Below are positions 41,055 to 49,867 of a stretch of 64,000 nt of DNA, piece after piece. Within the stretch, counting starts at the first letter, position 1, and the number at the start of each line of letters is the position of its first letter. The position numbers were made by a program, and so were the translations under genes. Origin of the DNA: Mycobacteriales bacterium (GTDB lineage: Bacteria > Actinomycetota > Actinomycetes > BP-191); assembly GCA_036382875.1 (NCBI GenBank), contig DASVPJ010000033.1, positions 1,660-65,659 on the forward strand. Direction: 5' to 3'. Below the pieces are notes generated by a model. That model was given only the letters and a program-made list of their open reading frames with translations, was not told where the DNA came from and did not search any database.

Positions 41055-43352
41055 ATGACTCCCCGCTCGGGCGACGCGGCCGGACCGGCTCTGCCGGTCC
41101 GGTTGCGCCGTCTCCTGACGCTGATCGCGGTGGGCGGCGTCGTCTCGGTGGGGTACGCCGTCCCCGCGGCCGTGCGGGACCGGCCGAGCTTCGGCTCGCT
41201 CCTGCTGGCGGTGGCGTTCTTCCTCATCGGCGACGCCGCGCTGATGAACATCCGGTTCGGCCAGAGCCGGTACACGTTCACCTGGGCCGAGCTGGCCGTG
41301 GTCTTCGGCCTCGTGATGATGCCGGCCGGCTGGCTGGTGCTCGTCGCGACCTGCTCGGTCGCCGCGGCGCAGGCGATGCTCCGCCGCCCCACCCCCAAGC
41401 TGGTGTTCAACACCGCCGGCATCGCGGTCGGCACCGGCCTCGCCTGGCTGACCGTCAACGGCCTGGCCGGCGACGAGCAGATCCACGCCCGGATCACCAA
41501 CCCGCACGCCTGGGTCGCGCTCGGCGCGGGCACGCTGGTGTTCGCGGTCTGGAGCAGCACGACCGTCGGCCTCGCCGTCGCCTACTCGCAGGACGTGCCG
41601 GTCGGGGTCGTGCTGCGCAAGGGCCTGGTGCTGCAGTCGATCGTCTGGCTCGGCAACACCGTCGCCGGCGTCGGCGTGGCGATGGTCGCCCAGCAGTCCA
41701 GCGGCGCGCTGATCGTGCTGCCGTTCTTCCTGCTGCTGCTCTACGCCGCCTACCGCGGCTACCTGCGGGCCGGTGAGGACCGCGACACCTGGCAGGTGCT
41801 CCAGGCCACGTCCCGCGACCTGTCCCGGCTGCGCCGCGCGGAGATCGCGCAGGTGGTGCTCGACCGGGCCGCCGAGTTGTTCAAGGCTGACTTCGTCGAG
41901 CTGATGCTCGTCGACGACGAGACCTCCGGCGCCATCACGACGTGGCGGCGTACCGGCAACGACACCAAGGTGCTCGACGGCCGGACGCTGGAGGACGCGG
42001 CGACGTTCTGGCCGCGCGCGCACTCCGAGCGCGAGCCGTACCAGCTCCTCCGCCGCCGCGCCCCGGTCGCCCAGCGCCGCGAGCTCGCGTCGCTCGGCCT
42101 GGAGCAGTGCGTCGTGGTCCCGGTCGCGACGGCCGAACGCTGCGTCGGCACGCTGCGGGTCGGCTTCGCCGGCGTCGTGCGGATGCCGACCCGCGAGCTG
42201 CAGGTCATGCGCACGTTCGCCAACCAGCTCGCCACGTCGGTCGAGAACGCCCGCCTCTACGAGGAGATGCGCGAGGAGCGGGCCAAGCTGTCCCGGGTCG
42301 TCGACAACACCTCCGACGGCATCCTGTCGGTCGACGCGCGCGGGCGCGTGACGTCGTGGAACCCGGCCATGACCCGCATCTCGGGGCTGTCCGCGGAGGA
42401 CGTGCTCGGCTGCCCGCTGACGTTCGGCCACGCCGGCACCGACGCCGACGGCACGCCGGTGTCGACGGACTGGCTGTGGAACCAGCTCGGCGCCGCGTCG
42501 GTCGCCGAGGCCTCGGTGTCGATCGGCGCGAGCGAGTCGACCCGCCGCTGGCTGCACCTGTCGCTCGCCGCCGTGCGCTCGCCCGCGGGCGACGTGGAGA
42601 CGGTCGTCATCGTCGTCCGCGACGTCACCGCGATGCGCGAGGCGGCGCAGGCGAAGGAGGAGTTCCTCGCCACGGTGTCGCACGAGCTGCGGACGCCGCT
42701 GACGTCGCTGCGCGGCTGGGTGTCGACGCTGCTGCGGCCGGAGTTCCAGCCGACCGAGGAGGACCGCCGCGAGATCCACGAGCGGCTGATGCACCAGACC
42801 GGCCGGCTCCAGCGGCTCATCGAGGACGTGCTCTCGGTGTCGTCGATGGACCGTGGCCAGTTCGTCGTGCAGGCCGTTCCGGTGGGCGTGGACGAGGTCA
42901 TCGAGAAGTCGCTCGCGGAGTTCCGCCGCCAGGTGCCGGACCGCCCGGTCACGCACGTGCGGGCGGGCCTGGCGGGCACCGCGCTGGCCGACGCCGGCCG
43001 CGTGGAGCAGGTCATCAACAACCTGGTCTCCAACGCCGACAAGTACTCGCCGGCCGGCGCGCCGGTCGAGGTGCGGGTCGCCCGCGACGGCGACAAGGTC
43101 GTCGTCAGCGTCTCCGACCACGGCTTCGGCATCCCGGAGGACCAGCGGGAGGCGGTGTTCGAACGGTTCCACCGGCTCGGGCACCACATGACCCGCGAGG
43201 CGCAGGGCACCGGCCTCGGCCTGCACATCGCCCGCCGCCTGGTCGAGGCGATGGGCGGGCGCATCTGGGTCGACAGCCGCGTCGGCGAGGGGTCGACGTT
43301 CACGTTCACCCTGCCGGCGGCCGCCCTCGTCGCGAAGCCGAAGGCGGTCTGA
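41055..43352 (+). CDS. Membrane sensor histidine kinase (multi-TM N-terminus, GAF, PAS, HisKA, HATPase_c); no cognate response regulator adjacent
   Basis: 765 aa with about 6-7 TM segments. H-box FLATVSHELRTPLTSL, N-box NLVSNADKYSP, G-boxes DHGFGIP and GTGLGLHIA. Starts 4 nt after the S8 stop. Confidence 0.9.
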   Translation: MTPRSGDAAGPALPVRLRRLLTLIAVGGVVSVGYAVPAAVRDRPSFGSLLLAVAFFLIGDAALMNIRFGQSRYTFTWAELAVVFGLVMMPAGWLVLVATCSVAAAQAMLRRPTPKLVFNTAGIAVGTGLAWLTVNGLAGDEQIHARITNPHAWVALGAGTLVFAVWSSTTVGLAVAYSQDVPVGVVLRKGLVLQSIVWLGNTVAGVGVAMVAQQSSGALIVLPFFLLLLYAAYRGYLRAGEDRDTWQVLQATSRDLSRLRRAEIAQVVLDRAAELFKADFVELMLVDDETSGAITTWRRTGNDTKVLDGRTLEDAATFWPRAHSEREPYQLLRRRAPVAQRRELASLGLEQCVVVPVATAERCVGTLRVGFAGVVRMPTRELQVMRTFANQLATSVENARLYEEMREERAKLSRVVDNTSDGILSVDARGRVTSWNPAMTRISGLSAEDVLGCPLTFGHAGTDADGTPVSTDWLWNQLGAASVAEASVSIGASESTRRWLHLSLAAVRSPAGDVETVVIVVRDVTAMREAAQAKEEFLATVSHELRTPLTSLRGWVSTLLRPEFQPTEEDRREIHERLMHQTGRLQRLIEDVLSVSSMDRGQFVVQAVPVGVDEVIEKSLAEFRRQVPDRPVTHVRAGLAGTALADAGRVEQVINNLVSNADKYSPAGAPVEVRVARDGDKVVVSVSDHGFGIPEDQREAVFERFHRLGHHMTREAQGTGLGLHIARRLVEAMGGRIWVDSRVGEGSTFTFTLPAAALVAKPKAV

Positions 43353-43358
43353 CGCGCG

Positions 43359-44216
43359 TCAGTCGTGCTGGAACGTCGCCTCGGCGGCGGGCAGCGTCTC
43401 GCGGCTGAGCGGCCGGGCCACCATCCGGTACTCGCCCGGCGGCGGCGTGAGGCCGTAGTCGTCGAAGCCGTTCCAGAGCATGTGCCAGCGCTGGCAGGTG
43501 TTCGGCTGGACGGTGACCGTCTCCTCGTCGCCGGTGCGCCGGACGCCCCGCGAGTAGGTGAACACCGTGTCGTTGCGGGCCACGTCGGTCGCGGTGAACT
43601 CGATCTCCTGGGTCCAGTCGAACGTGATCTCGCCCGGGCCGGCGTTGACGTGGCGGCACAGCAGGTAGGTGAACGTGTAGCCGGACTCCGGCGACGTGTC
43701 GTCCACGCTGGCCCGCACGCACCACTCGTCCGGCGAGGACAGGCAGCCGGTGTCGGTGTTGGTCTCGGCCTCGGGGTCGCGGACGATCTCGGGGCGCCGC
43801 GCGAACGCGCGCGACTGGCCGCCGCTGCTGCCGTCGCGGGTCGGGCGCACGGTCGGGATCGCGGTCGGGCCCGCGGTGGGGCGGACGCCGGTGACGGCGC
43901 CGGTGCCCTGCGTCGGCAGCGCGCCGGTGCGCGGGCCGGACGACGCGGACGGCTTCGGGGTCGCGGTCGGCACGAGGCCGCCGGACGGCGGCTGGTACGA
44001 CCGCTCGTCCTGCCGCTCGTCGGTCGGCACGACGCGGTCGACGCCGTTCGGGCCGCCGAGGACGGCGTAGCCGAGCGCGCCGACGAGCACGAGCGCGGCG
44101 CCGGACGCGCCCCCGGCGCGGCGGCGGCGGACGCCACGGCCACGGCGGACGGCGTCCTCGAACCCGCCGGGCGGCGGGACGACGAGCGGGTAGGAGCGGC
44201 GGGGCAGGTCAGTCAC
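43359..44216 (-). CDS. Single-pass membrane protein with extracytoplasmic BsuPI-like (subtilisin-inhibitor-type) beta-sandwich domain
   Basis: Short cytoplasmic N-terminus, TM ALVLVGALGYAVLG, and a Pro/Thr linker. The C-terminal EITFDWTQEIEFTATDVARNDTVFTYSRG...TVQPNTCQRWHMLWNG...PPPGEYRMVARP follows the pattern of B. subtilis intracellular proteinase inhibitor Ipi. Overlaps the ECF sigma stop by 8 nt. Confidence 0.7.
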   Translation of the reverse strand: MTDLPRRSYPLVVPPPGGFEDAVRRGRGVRRRRAGGASGAALVLVGALGYAVLGGPNGVDRVVPTDERQDERSYQPPSGGLVPTATPKPSASSGPRTGALPTQGTGAVTGVRPTAGPTAIPTVRPTRDGSSGGQSRAFARRPEIVRDPEAETNTDTGCLSSPDEWCVRASVDDTSPESGYTFTYLLCRHVNAGPGEITFDWTQEIEFTATDVARNDTVFTYSRGVRRTGDEETVTVQPNTCQRWHMLWNGFDDYGLTPPPGEYRMVARPLSRETLPAAEATFQHD

Positions 44217-44841
44217 GGCGCCCCTCCAGCTCGGCGGCGAGGAGCTGCCGCGCCTCGTGCAGCCGGCGCTTCACGGTGCCGACGGGTCGCTTGGTCAGGA
44301 CGGCGACCTCGGTCACGGGGAGGTCGGCGTAGTAGTGCAGCAGGACGGCCTCACGGAGTCGTTCGGGGAGCCGCTCGACCAGGTCGCGCAGCCACGGGTC
44401 GTGGACGGGCGCGTCCTCGGCCGGACGGTGCCCGATCTCGGTGTAGATCTCCCGCTCGCGCTTGCTCCGGCGCCAGTGGCGGCGGGCCAGGTTCGTGGCG
44501 ACGTAGTAGACGTACGCCTTCGGCTCCCGGACCCCGACCCAGCGGGCGAACAGGCGGGCGAACGCCTCCTGCGTGATGTCGCGCGCGAGCTGGACGTCGC
44601 CGGTGAGGGCGGTGCAGTAGCCGGCCAGGCCGGAGTACTCCGCCGCGTAGAGGTCCCGGAAGCCCTCCTCGCGGGAGGTCGGGACGACCGCGGCGGGCGT
44701 GTCGGGGCGCGCGTCGACGCCACCGAGCACCAGCTCGGCCGTCATGCCCCCAGCTCCGTCACCGGTCACCAGCTCCTTCGTCCACGGGGAAAGAGCCCCG
44801 GGCACGGCGGGAGGTTCGGCGGAATGTGAGAGCTGGGTCAT
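44209..44841 (-). CDS. ECF (group 4) RNA polymerase sigma factor
   Basis: Region 2 FRDLYAAEYSGLAGYC ... DITQEAFARLF. Region 4 LPERLREAVLLHYYADLPVTEVAVLTKRPVGTVKRRLHEAR. ATG at 44841, with an alternative ATG at 44745 (178 aa). Confidence 0.85.
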   Translation of the reverse strand: MTQLSHSAEPPAVPGALSPWTKELVTGDGAGGMTAELVLGGVDARPDTPAAVVPTSREEGFRDLYAAEYSGLAGYCTALTGDVQLARDITQEAFARLFARWVGVREPKAYVYYVATNLARRHWRRSKREREIYTEIGHRPAEDAPVHDPWLRDLVERLPERLREAVLLHYYADLPVTEVAVLTKRPVGTVKRRLHEARQLLAAELEGRRD

Positions 44842-44973
44842 GACGACGTTCCCGTTCGACACGGGGCGTGACCAGTCCTGCGCGGGCCGTTTCGGTGTCC
44901 GATTCGCCGGGGATTTTTCGGGGCAACCCGGGCCGGAGCGGCGGCCCCCCTTCAGCGGAAGGCAGACGGACAG

Positions 44974-45975
44974 ATGAGCGACTCCTTCAGGCTCTCCCAT
45001 CGCGCGGTCGCCGCGTCGGCGGCGTTCCTCCTGACCGGTCTGGCGATGGCCGGCCCGGCGCTGGCGGAGGACGGCAGGAAGGGTGGGGGTGACCGGGGGG
45101 CGTCGGCCTCGCAGGGCCGTTCGCAGGGCGGCGCGCGCGGCGGCTCGTCGTCCGGCGGGGGCGGGCAGAGCGAGCAGGCGCGGCCGGCCGAGACCGGACG
45201 GCCGGAGGGCTCCCACGGTGGCGGCGGGGCCGGGTCGCAGGGCGCCGAAGGGGCGGGCGGGTCCGAGGACCCGGCCGGCAACAACGGCACGTTCAAGGTC
45301 GACGGCCTCGCGTACGACGAGGGCATGGCGAACGAGCCGCACGTGACCTGCGGGTTCCGGCTGAAGCTGTTCGGCTTCGACGAGGGCCAGACCGGCGACG
45401 TCACGATCGCCGGCCACGCGCCGTCCGGCGCGGGCACCGTCGCGTCGCTGACCGGCGTGACGTTCTCCGACGACGCCGCGGGCGGCGGGCCGAACGATGC
45501 CGACGCGACGTTCGAGTTCACCGAGGACGACCTCGACCTCACCGGCCTCACCGCGCACCCGCAGCAGGGCTACCACCTCAAGGTCACGCTCTCGACCGGC
45601 GAGCCGGGGGGCGTGAAGCACAAGGTCTTCTGGCTCGAGCCGTGCACGCCGGAGGTGGGCGGCACCGAGACGGAGACCGGCGGCACCGGGGGCACCGGCG
45701 GCACGGGCGGCACGGGCGGCACCGGCGGCACCGGCGGCACGACGCCCACCGTGGGCACCGGGACGGCCGGCGCGGACGTGCTCGGCACGAAGTTCACCCG
45801 CAACGGCGCGGTCGCGGCCCAGGTGCTCGGCACCCGCTTCGAGCGCGGCGCGGCGCCGGCGACCCTGCCGTTCACCGGCTCGGCCGCGGGCACGCTGCTC
45901 GCGATCGGCGGCGGCCTGGTGGTCGTCGGTGGCGGCGCCTGGCTCGTCGGCCGGCGGATGCGGCACGTCGCGTAG
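44974..45975 (+). CDS. LPXTG-type (LPFTG) cell-wall-anchored surface protein
   Basis: Has a signal peptide, a Gly/Ser-rich region, a central domain and a (GGT)6 run. Followed by LPFTG, a hydrophobic helix and RRMRHVA. Divergent from the ECF sigma gene. Confidence 0.85.
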   Translation: MSDSFRLSHRAVAASAAFLLTGLAMAGPALAEDGRKGGGDRGASASQGRSQGGARGGSSSGGGGQSEQARPAETGRPEGSHGGGGAGSQGAEGAGGSEDPAGNNGTFKVDGLAYDEGMANEPHVTCGFRLKLFGFDEGQTGDVTIAGHAPSGAGTVASLTGVTFSDDAAGGGPNDADATFEFTEDDLDLTGLTAHPQQGYHLKVTLSTGEPGGVKHKVFWLEPCTPEVGGTETETGGTGGTGGTGGTGGTGGTGGTTPTVGTGTAGADVLGTKFTRNGAVAAQVLGTRFERGAAPATLPFTGSAAGTLLAIGGGLVVVGGGAWLVGRRMRHVA

Positions 45976-46010
45976 CCCGTAGCACCCCGTAGCAGCCCGT
46001 AGCACGACCC

Positions 46011-46039
46011 GGAAGCCCCCGCCCCGCGCGGGGGCTTCC
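46011..46039 (+). terminator. Stem-loop terminator candidate after the LPXTG gene
   Basis: Perfect 11-bp stem GGAAGCCCCCG / CGGGGGCTTCC with a 7-nt loop. Confidence 0.55.
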
Positions 46040-46083
46040 GCGCGTCCGCCGCCCGGTCGCCGTCCGCCGCCCGCCGCCCGCCC

Positions 46084-46147
46084 GGCCCCGACCCCAACTG
46101 TGAAGATCGTCACGCGGGGCGGCGCGGCCCGGGCTTCACGGTTGGGG
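46084..46147 (+). repeat. Dispersed ~65-nt hairpin element, copy 2
   Basis: GGCCCCGACCCCAACTGTGAAGATCGTCACGCGGGG...CTTCACGGTTGGGG. The arms pair 13/14. The stop codon of the minus-strand gene 46136..46585 lies in the right arm. Confidence 0.75.
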
Positions 46148-46585
46148 CGGGGCCGCCGCCGGCCAGACGTACGGCAGGTCGTCCGGCACGTCGCCGAAGC
46201 GCGGGCCGTACCACTCCGGGTCCTTGCGCAGCAGCGAGGAGCGGTGGGCGAGGTGGAACGCCTCGTCGCCCAGCCACCACGGCAGCTCGCCGGCCCGCGC
46301 GAGCGCGGCCTGGTCGCGGCCGTCCCAGAGCTCCGCGATCTGCGCCTCGCAGGTGTCCGCGTGGCCACGGCGCACCCACTCGCGGCTGATCTCGACGCCG
46401 TACGCCGCGAGCGCCACGACGTGCCCGCGCCACATCCGGGTGCACGGGTGGTGCTGCCAGCCGTACGTCGGGATCGTCAGCGCGCGCAGCACCTGCAACG
46501 CCTCGACCCGCTGCTTGCCGAGCCGCCGCGGGTCGAGCGCCCGCGCGGACTCGGCGAACGACGCGTACGGCAGGAACGTCTGCAC
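46136..46585 (-). CDS. Conserved actinobacterial protein (MSMEG_6728-like; possibly pyrimidine-dimer-glycosylase-fold), tentative
   Basis: GTG at 46585 (149 aa). VQTFLPYASFAESARALDPRRLGKQRVEALQVLRAL...GWQHHPCTRMWRG recalls a family I know as MSMEG_6728-like. The family assignment is from memory only. Confidence 0.75.
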   Translation of the reverse strand: MQTFLPYASFAESARALDPRRLGKQRVEALQVLRALTIPTYGWQHHPCTRMWRGHVVALAAYGVEISREWVRRGHADTCEAQIAELWDGRDQAALARAGELPWWLGDEAFHLAHRSSLLRKDPEWYGPRFGDVPDDLPYVWPAAAPPQP

Positions 46586-46590
46586 GCGCG

Positions 46591-49344
46591 CTACGACGCC
46601 GCGTCCGGCTCCTGCGCCTCGCTGGAGCCGTGCGCCGCCGCCTCGTCGGTGAGGGCGTACTTCGCGATCGCCTGCTCCACGACGTCGGCCTTCACCTCGC
46701 CGCGCCGGGCCAGCGACTGGAGGACCGCCACGGTGATCGACTCGGCGTCGATGTGGAAGTGCCGCCGCAGCGCCGACCGGGTGTCCGAGCGGCCGAAGCC
46801 GTCGGTGCCGAGCGACTCGTAGTCGCCGGGCACCCAGCGGGCGATCTGGTCGGGCACCGCGCGCATCCAGTCGCTGACCGCGACGACCGGGCCGGGCTCG
46901 CCGGCCAGCGCGGTGGTGACGTACGGCGTGCGCTGGTCGCCCGGGTTGAGCAGGTTGTGCTCCTCGCAGGCGAGCGCGTCGCGCCGCAGCTCGTTCCACG
47001 ACGTCGCGCTCCAGACGTCGGCGGCGACGCCCCAGTCGTTCGCCAGCAGCTCCTGCGCCTGCACGGCGAGCCGCACGGCCATCCCGCTCGCGAGCACCTG
47101 CGCGCGCGGCGCCTTCTTGCCGCCGCCCTGCGCGGGGGCGTAGCGGTAGAGGCCGCGCACGATGCCCTGCTCCAGGTCCGGCAGGTCCGGCGCGGGGGGC
47201 TGCGGCATCGGCTCGTTGTATACGCTGACGTAGTAGAAGACGTTCTCGGCGTCCTCGCCGTACATCCGCCGCAGGCCGTCCTTGACGATGACCGCGACCT
47301 CGTACGCCCACCCGGGGTCGTACGCGACGCACGCCGGGTTGGTGCTGGCCAGGAGCTGCGAGTGGCCGTCCTGGTGCTGCAGCCCCTCGCCGTTGAGCGT
47401 CGTACGGCCCGCCGTCGCGCCCATCAGGAAGCCGCGGCCGAGCTGGTCGCCGAGCTGCCAGATCTGGTCCCCGACCCGCTGGAACCCGAACATCGAGTAG
47501 AAGACGAACACCGGGATCATGTGCTCGCCGTGCGTGGCGTACGACGTGCCGGCCGCGATCACCGACGCCATCGAGCCGGCCTCGCTGATGCCCTCGTGCA
47601 GGATCACGCCCTGCTGCGACTCCTTGTAGGACAGCAGCAGCTCGCGGTCGACGGCCTCGTAGCGCTGGCCGTGCGGCGAGTAGATCTTCAGGCTCGGGAA
47701 CAGCGAGTCCATGCCGAACGTGCGCGCCTCGTCCGGGATGATCGGCACGAACCGCGGGCCGACGCCCTTCTCCTTGAGCAGGTCCTTGAGCAGCCGGACG
47801 AACGCCATCGTCGTGGCGACCTCCTGCTTGCCCGAGCCCTTCATCAGGTCGGCGAACGCCTTGTCGGCCGGCTGCGGCAGCGGCTTCGCGCGGTTGACGC
47901 GCTGCGGGAGGAAGCCGCCGAGCGCCTTGCGCCGGTCGAGCATGTACCGGATCTCGTCGCTGTCCTGGCCCGGGTGGTAGTACGGGGGCAGGTCGCCCTC
48001 GAGGTCCTTGTCCGGGATCTCCAGGTACAGCCGGTCGCGGAACTCCTTGAGCTCGGCCTTGGTCAGCTTCTTCATCTGGTGCGTGGCGTTGCGCGCCTCG
48101 AAGTCCTTGCCGAGCGTCCAGCCCTTGATGGTCTGGGCCAGGATCACCGTCGGCTGGCCGGTGTGCGCGACCGCGCTGGCGAACGCCGCGTACACCTTCC
48201 GGTAGTCGTGACCGCCGCGGGAGAGCCGGCGCAGGTCGTCGTCGCTGAGGTGCTCGACCATGCGGCGCAGCCGGGCGTCCGTACCGAAGAAGTGCTCGCG
48301 GATGTACGCCCCGGACTCGACCGAGTAGGTCTGGAACTGGCCGTCCGGCGTGGTGTTCATCTTGTTGACCAGCACGCCGTCGACGTCGCGCTGGAGCAGC
48401 GGGTCCCAGTCGCGGCCCCAGACCACCTTGATGACGTTCCAGCCGGCGCCGCGGAAGTACGACTCCAGCTCCTGGATGACCTTGCCGTTGCCGCGCACCG
48501 GGCCGTCGAGGCGTTGCAGGTTGCAGTTGACGACGAAGATCAGGTTGTCGAGCTCCTCGCGGGCCGCCACGCCGATCGCGCCGAGGCTCTCGGGCTCGTC
48601 CATCTCGCCGTCGCCGAGGAAGCACCACACCCTCGACCTGCTGGTGTCCTTGATGCGGCGCGCGTGCAGGTAGCGGTTGAACCGCGCCTGGTAGATCGCG
48701 CCGATCGCGCCGAGCCCCATCGAGACGGTGGGGAACTCCCAGAAGTCCGGCATCAGCCGCGGGTGAGGGTAGGAGGGGAGCCCCCCGGGCTTCGACTCCT
48801 GCCGGAACGCGTCGAGCTGCTGCTCGGTCAGCCGGCCCTCGAGGAACGCGCGGGCGTAGATGCCGGGGGAGCCGTGGCCCTGGATGAAGACCTGGTCGCC
48901 GGACTCGCCGCCCTCCTTGCCGCGGAAGAAGTGGTTGAAGCCGACCTCGTAGAGGCTGGCGCTGCTTGCGTAGGTGGCGATGTGGCCGCCGACGCCGAGG
49001 CCGGGGCGGTTCGCGCGGCTGACCATCACGGCGGCGTTCCAGCGGATGTACGCCCTGATCCGGCGCTCGACGTACTCGTCGCCGGGGAACCACGGCTCCT
49101 CGTCCGGGTGGATCGTGTTGATGTAGTCGGTGCTCGTCAGGCTCGGGACGCCGATGGCCTGCTGGCGCGCCCGCGCGAGCAGCCGGAGCAGGAGGTAGCG
49201 CGCGCGGGTGCGGCCCTGCTCGTTGACGACGGCGTCGAGGCTCTCCAGCCACTCGGCGGTCTCCGCCGGGTCGGTGTCGGGGAGCTGCGACGGCAGGCCG
49301 TCGGTGATGATGCCGGGGCGGTTCGAATCGGCCACGTACGACAT
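46591..49344 (-). CDS. aceE: Pyruvate dehydrogenase E1 component (homodimeric type)
   Basis: 917 aa. [50 protein letters not shown] and [12 protein letters not shown] are very close to mycobacterial AceE. Confidence 0.97.
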   Translation of the reverse strand: MSYVADSNRPGIITDGLPSQLPDTDPAETAEWLESLDAVVNEQGRTRARYLLLRLLARARQQAIGVPSLTSTDYINTIHPDEEPWFPGDEYVERRIRAYIRWNAAVMVSRANRPGLGVGGHIATYASSASLYEVGFNHFFRGKEGGESGDQVFIQGHGSPGIYARAFLEGRLTEQQLDAFRQESKPGGLPSYPHPRLMPDFWEFPTVSMGLGAIGAIYQARFNRYLHARRIKDTSRSRVWCFLGDGEMDEPESLGAIGVAAREELDNLIFVVNCNLQRLDGPVRGNGKVIQELESYFRGAGWNVIKVVWGRDWDPLLQRDVDGVLVNKMNTTPDGQFQTYSVESGAYIREHFFGTDARLRRMVEHLSDDDLRRLSRGGHDYRKVYAAFASAVAHTGQPTVILAQTIKGWTLGKDFEARNATHQMKKLTKAELKEFRDRLYLEIPDKDLEGDLPPYYHPGQDSDEIRYMLDRRKALGGFLPQRVNRAKPLPQPADKAFADLMKGSGKQEVATTMAFVRLLKDLLKEKGVGPRFVPIIPDEARTFGMDSLFPSLKIYSPHGQRYEAVDRELLLSYKESQQGVILHEGISEAGSMASVIAAGTSYATHGEHMIPVFVFYSMFGFQRVGDQIWQLGDQLGRGFLMGATAGRTTLNGEGLQHQDGHSQLLASTNPACVAYDPGWAYEVAVIVKDGLRRMYGEDAENVFYYVSVYNEPMPQPPAPDLPDLEQGIVRGLYRYAPAQGGGKKAPRAQVLASGMAVRLAVQAQELLANDWGVAADVWSATSWNELRRDALACEEHNLLNPGDQRTPYVTTALAGEPGPVVAVSDWMRAVPDQIARWVPGDYESLGTDGFGRSDTRSALRRHFHIDAESITVAVLQSLARRGEVKADVVEQAIAKYALTDEAAAHGSSEAQEPDAAS

Positions 49345-49353
49345 CCTCGCACT

Positions 49354-49761
49354 ATGAGGTCGACTGTGTTCCGGGTCTCGACCGGCTCCGTACCCGCCGT
49401 CGTGGACCTCACCGACCGGTGCGCGGCGTTCGTCTCGGGCGCCGGTGACGGGCTGCTGAACGTGTTCGTCCCGCACGCCACCGCGGGCGTCGCGATCCTC
49501 GAGCTGGGGGCGGGCTCGGAGGCGGACCTGCTGGCCGCGCTGTCCGACCTGCTGCCGGCCGTCGAGGGCAAGTGGCGCCACCGGCACGGCTCGCCGGGGC
49601 ACGGTCGCGACCACGTGCTGCCGGCGTTCGTGGCGCCGTCGGTGGTGGTGCCGGTCGTCGGCGGCCGCCTGACGCTCGGCACCTGGCAGTCGGTCGCGCT
49701 GGTGGACACCAACGGCGACAACCCGGACCGCGAGGTCCGGCTGTCGTTCGTCGCCGGCTGA
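49354..49761 (+). CDS. YjbQ/UPF0047 family protein (secondary thiamine-phosphate synthase-like)
   Basis: 135 aa. [30 protein letters not shown]...[10 protein letters not shown]...[13 protein letters not shown]. The start is only 9 nt from the divergent aceE start. Confidence 0.85.
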   Translation: MRSTVFRVSTGSVPAVVDLTDRCAAFVSGAGDGLLNVFVPHATAGVAILELGAGSEADLLAALSDLLPAVEGKWRHRHGSPGHGRDHVLPAFVAPSVVVPVVGGRLTLGTWQSVALVDTNGDNPDREVRLSFVAG

Positions 49762-49797
49762 CCCCCGCCCGCCCGCCGCCCGCCCCGCCCGCCCGGC

Positions 49798-49855
49798 GTG
49801 AGCGTTTCCTGCAGCGAACGTGCTCCTACGCGACTTCGCTGCAGGAAACGCTCAC
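49798..49855. terminator. Perfect 21-bp inverted repeat with 16-nt loop between convergent genes (bidirectional terminator or palindromic element)
   Basis: GTGAGCGTTTCCTGCAGCGAA-N16-TTCGCTGCAGGAAACGCTCAC. Noticeably less GC-rich than its flanks. Preceded by a CCGCCC-rich tract. Confidence 0.6.
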
Positions 49856-49867
49856 CGCGGCCGGGGG

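Noticed and set aside
39036-43226. 1396-aa minus-strand ORF opposite the S8 protease and histidine kinase. Similar long shadow ORFs include 450..2045(-), 2182..3813(-), 6823..9264(-), 6978..9500(+), 15204..17273(-), 55523..57748(-) and others.
   Set aside because: All are antisense to or out of frame with genes that have clear family signatures. Their products are Arg/Pro/Gly-rich with no motifs. This is a high-GC artefact.
45690-45740. GGCACC/GGCACG triplet-pair repeats as a possible non-coding microsatellite
   Set aside because: They lie in frame inside the LPXTG protein gene and encode a (Gly-Gly-Thr)6 linker. They are noted in the feature evidence only.
46630-49353. Upstream 900 codons of the 1043-aa plus-strand ORF ending at 49761
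   Set aside because: This part is antisense to aceE and low-complexity. Only the last 135 codons (49354..49761) encode the YjbQ-like protein.
49342-49356. Divergent aceE and yjbQ-like start codons only 9 nt apart
   Set aside because: This is interesting for promoter placement, but both N-termini match their families. An alternative GTG at 49366 changes little, and the pattern is most likely just compact gene packing with promoters inside the neighbouring coding regions.
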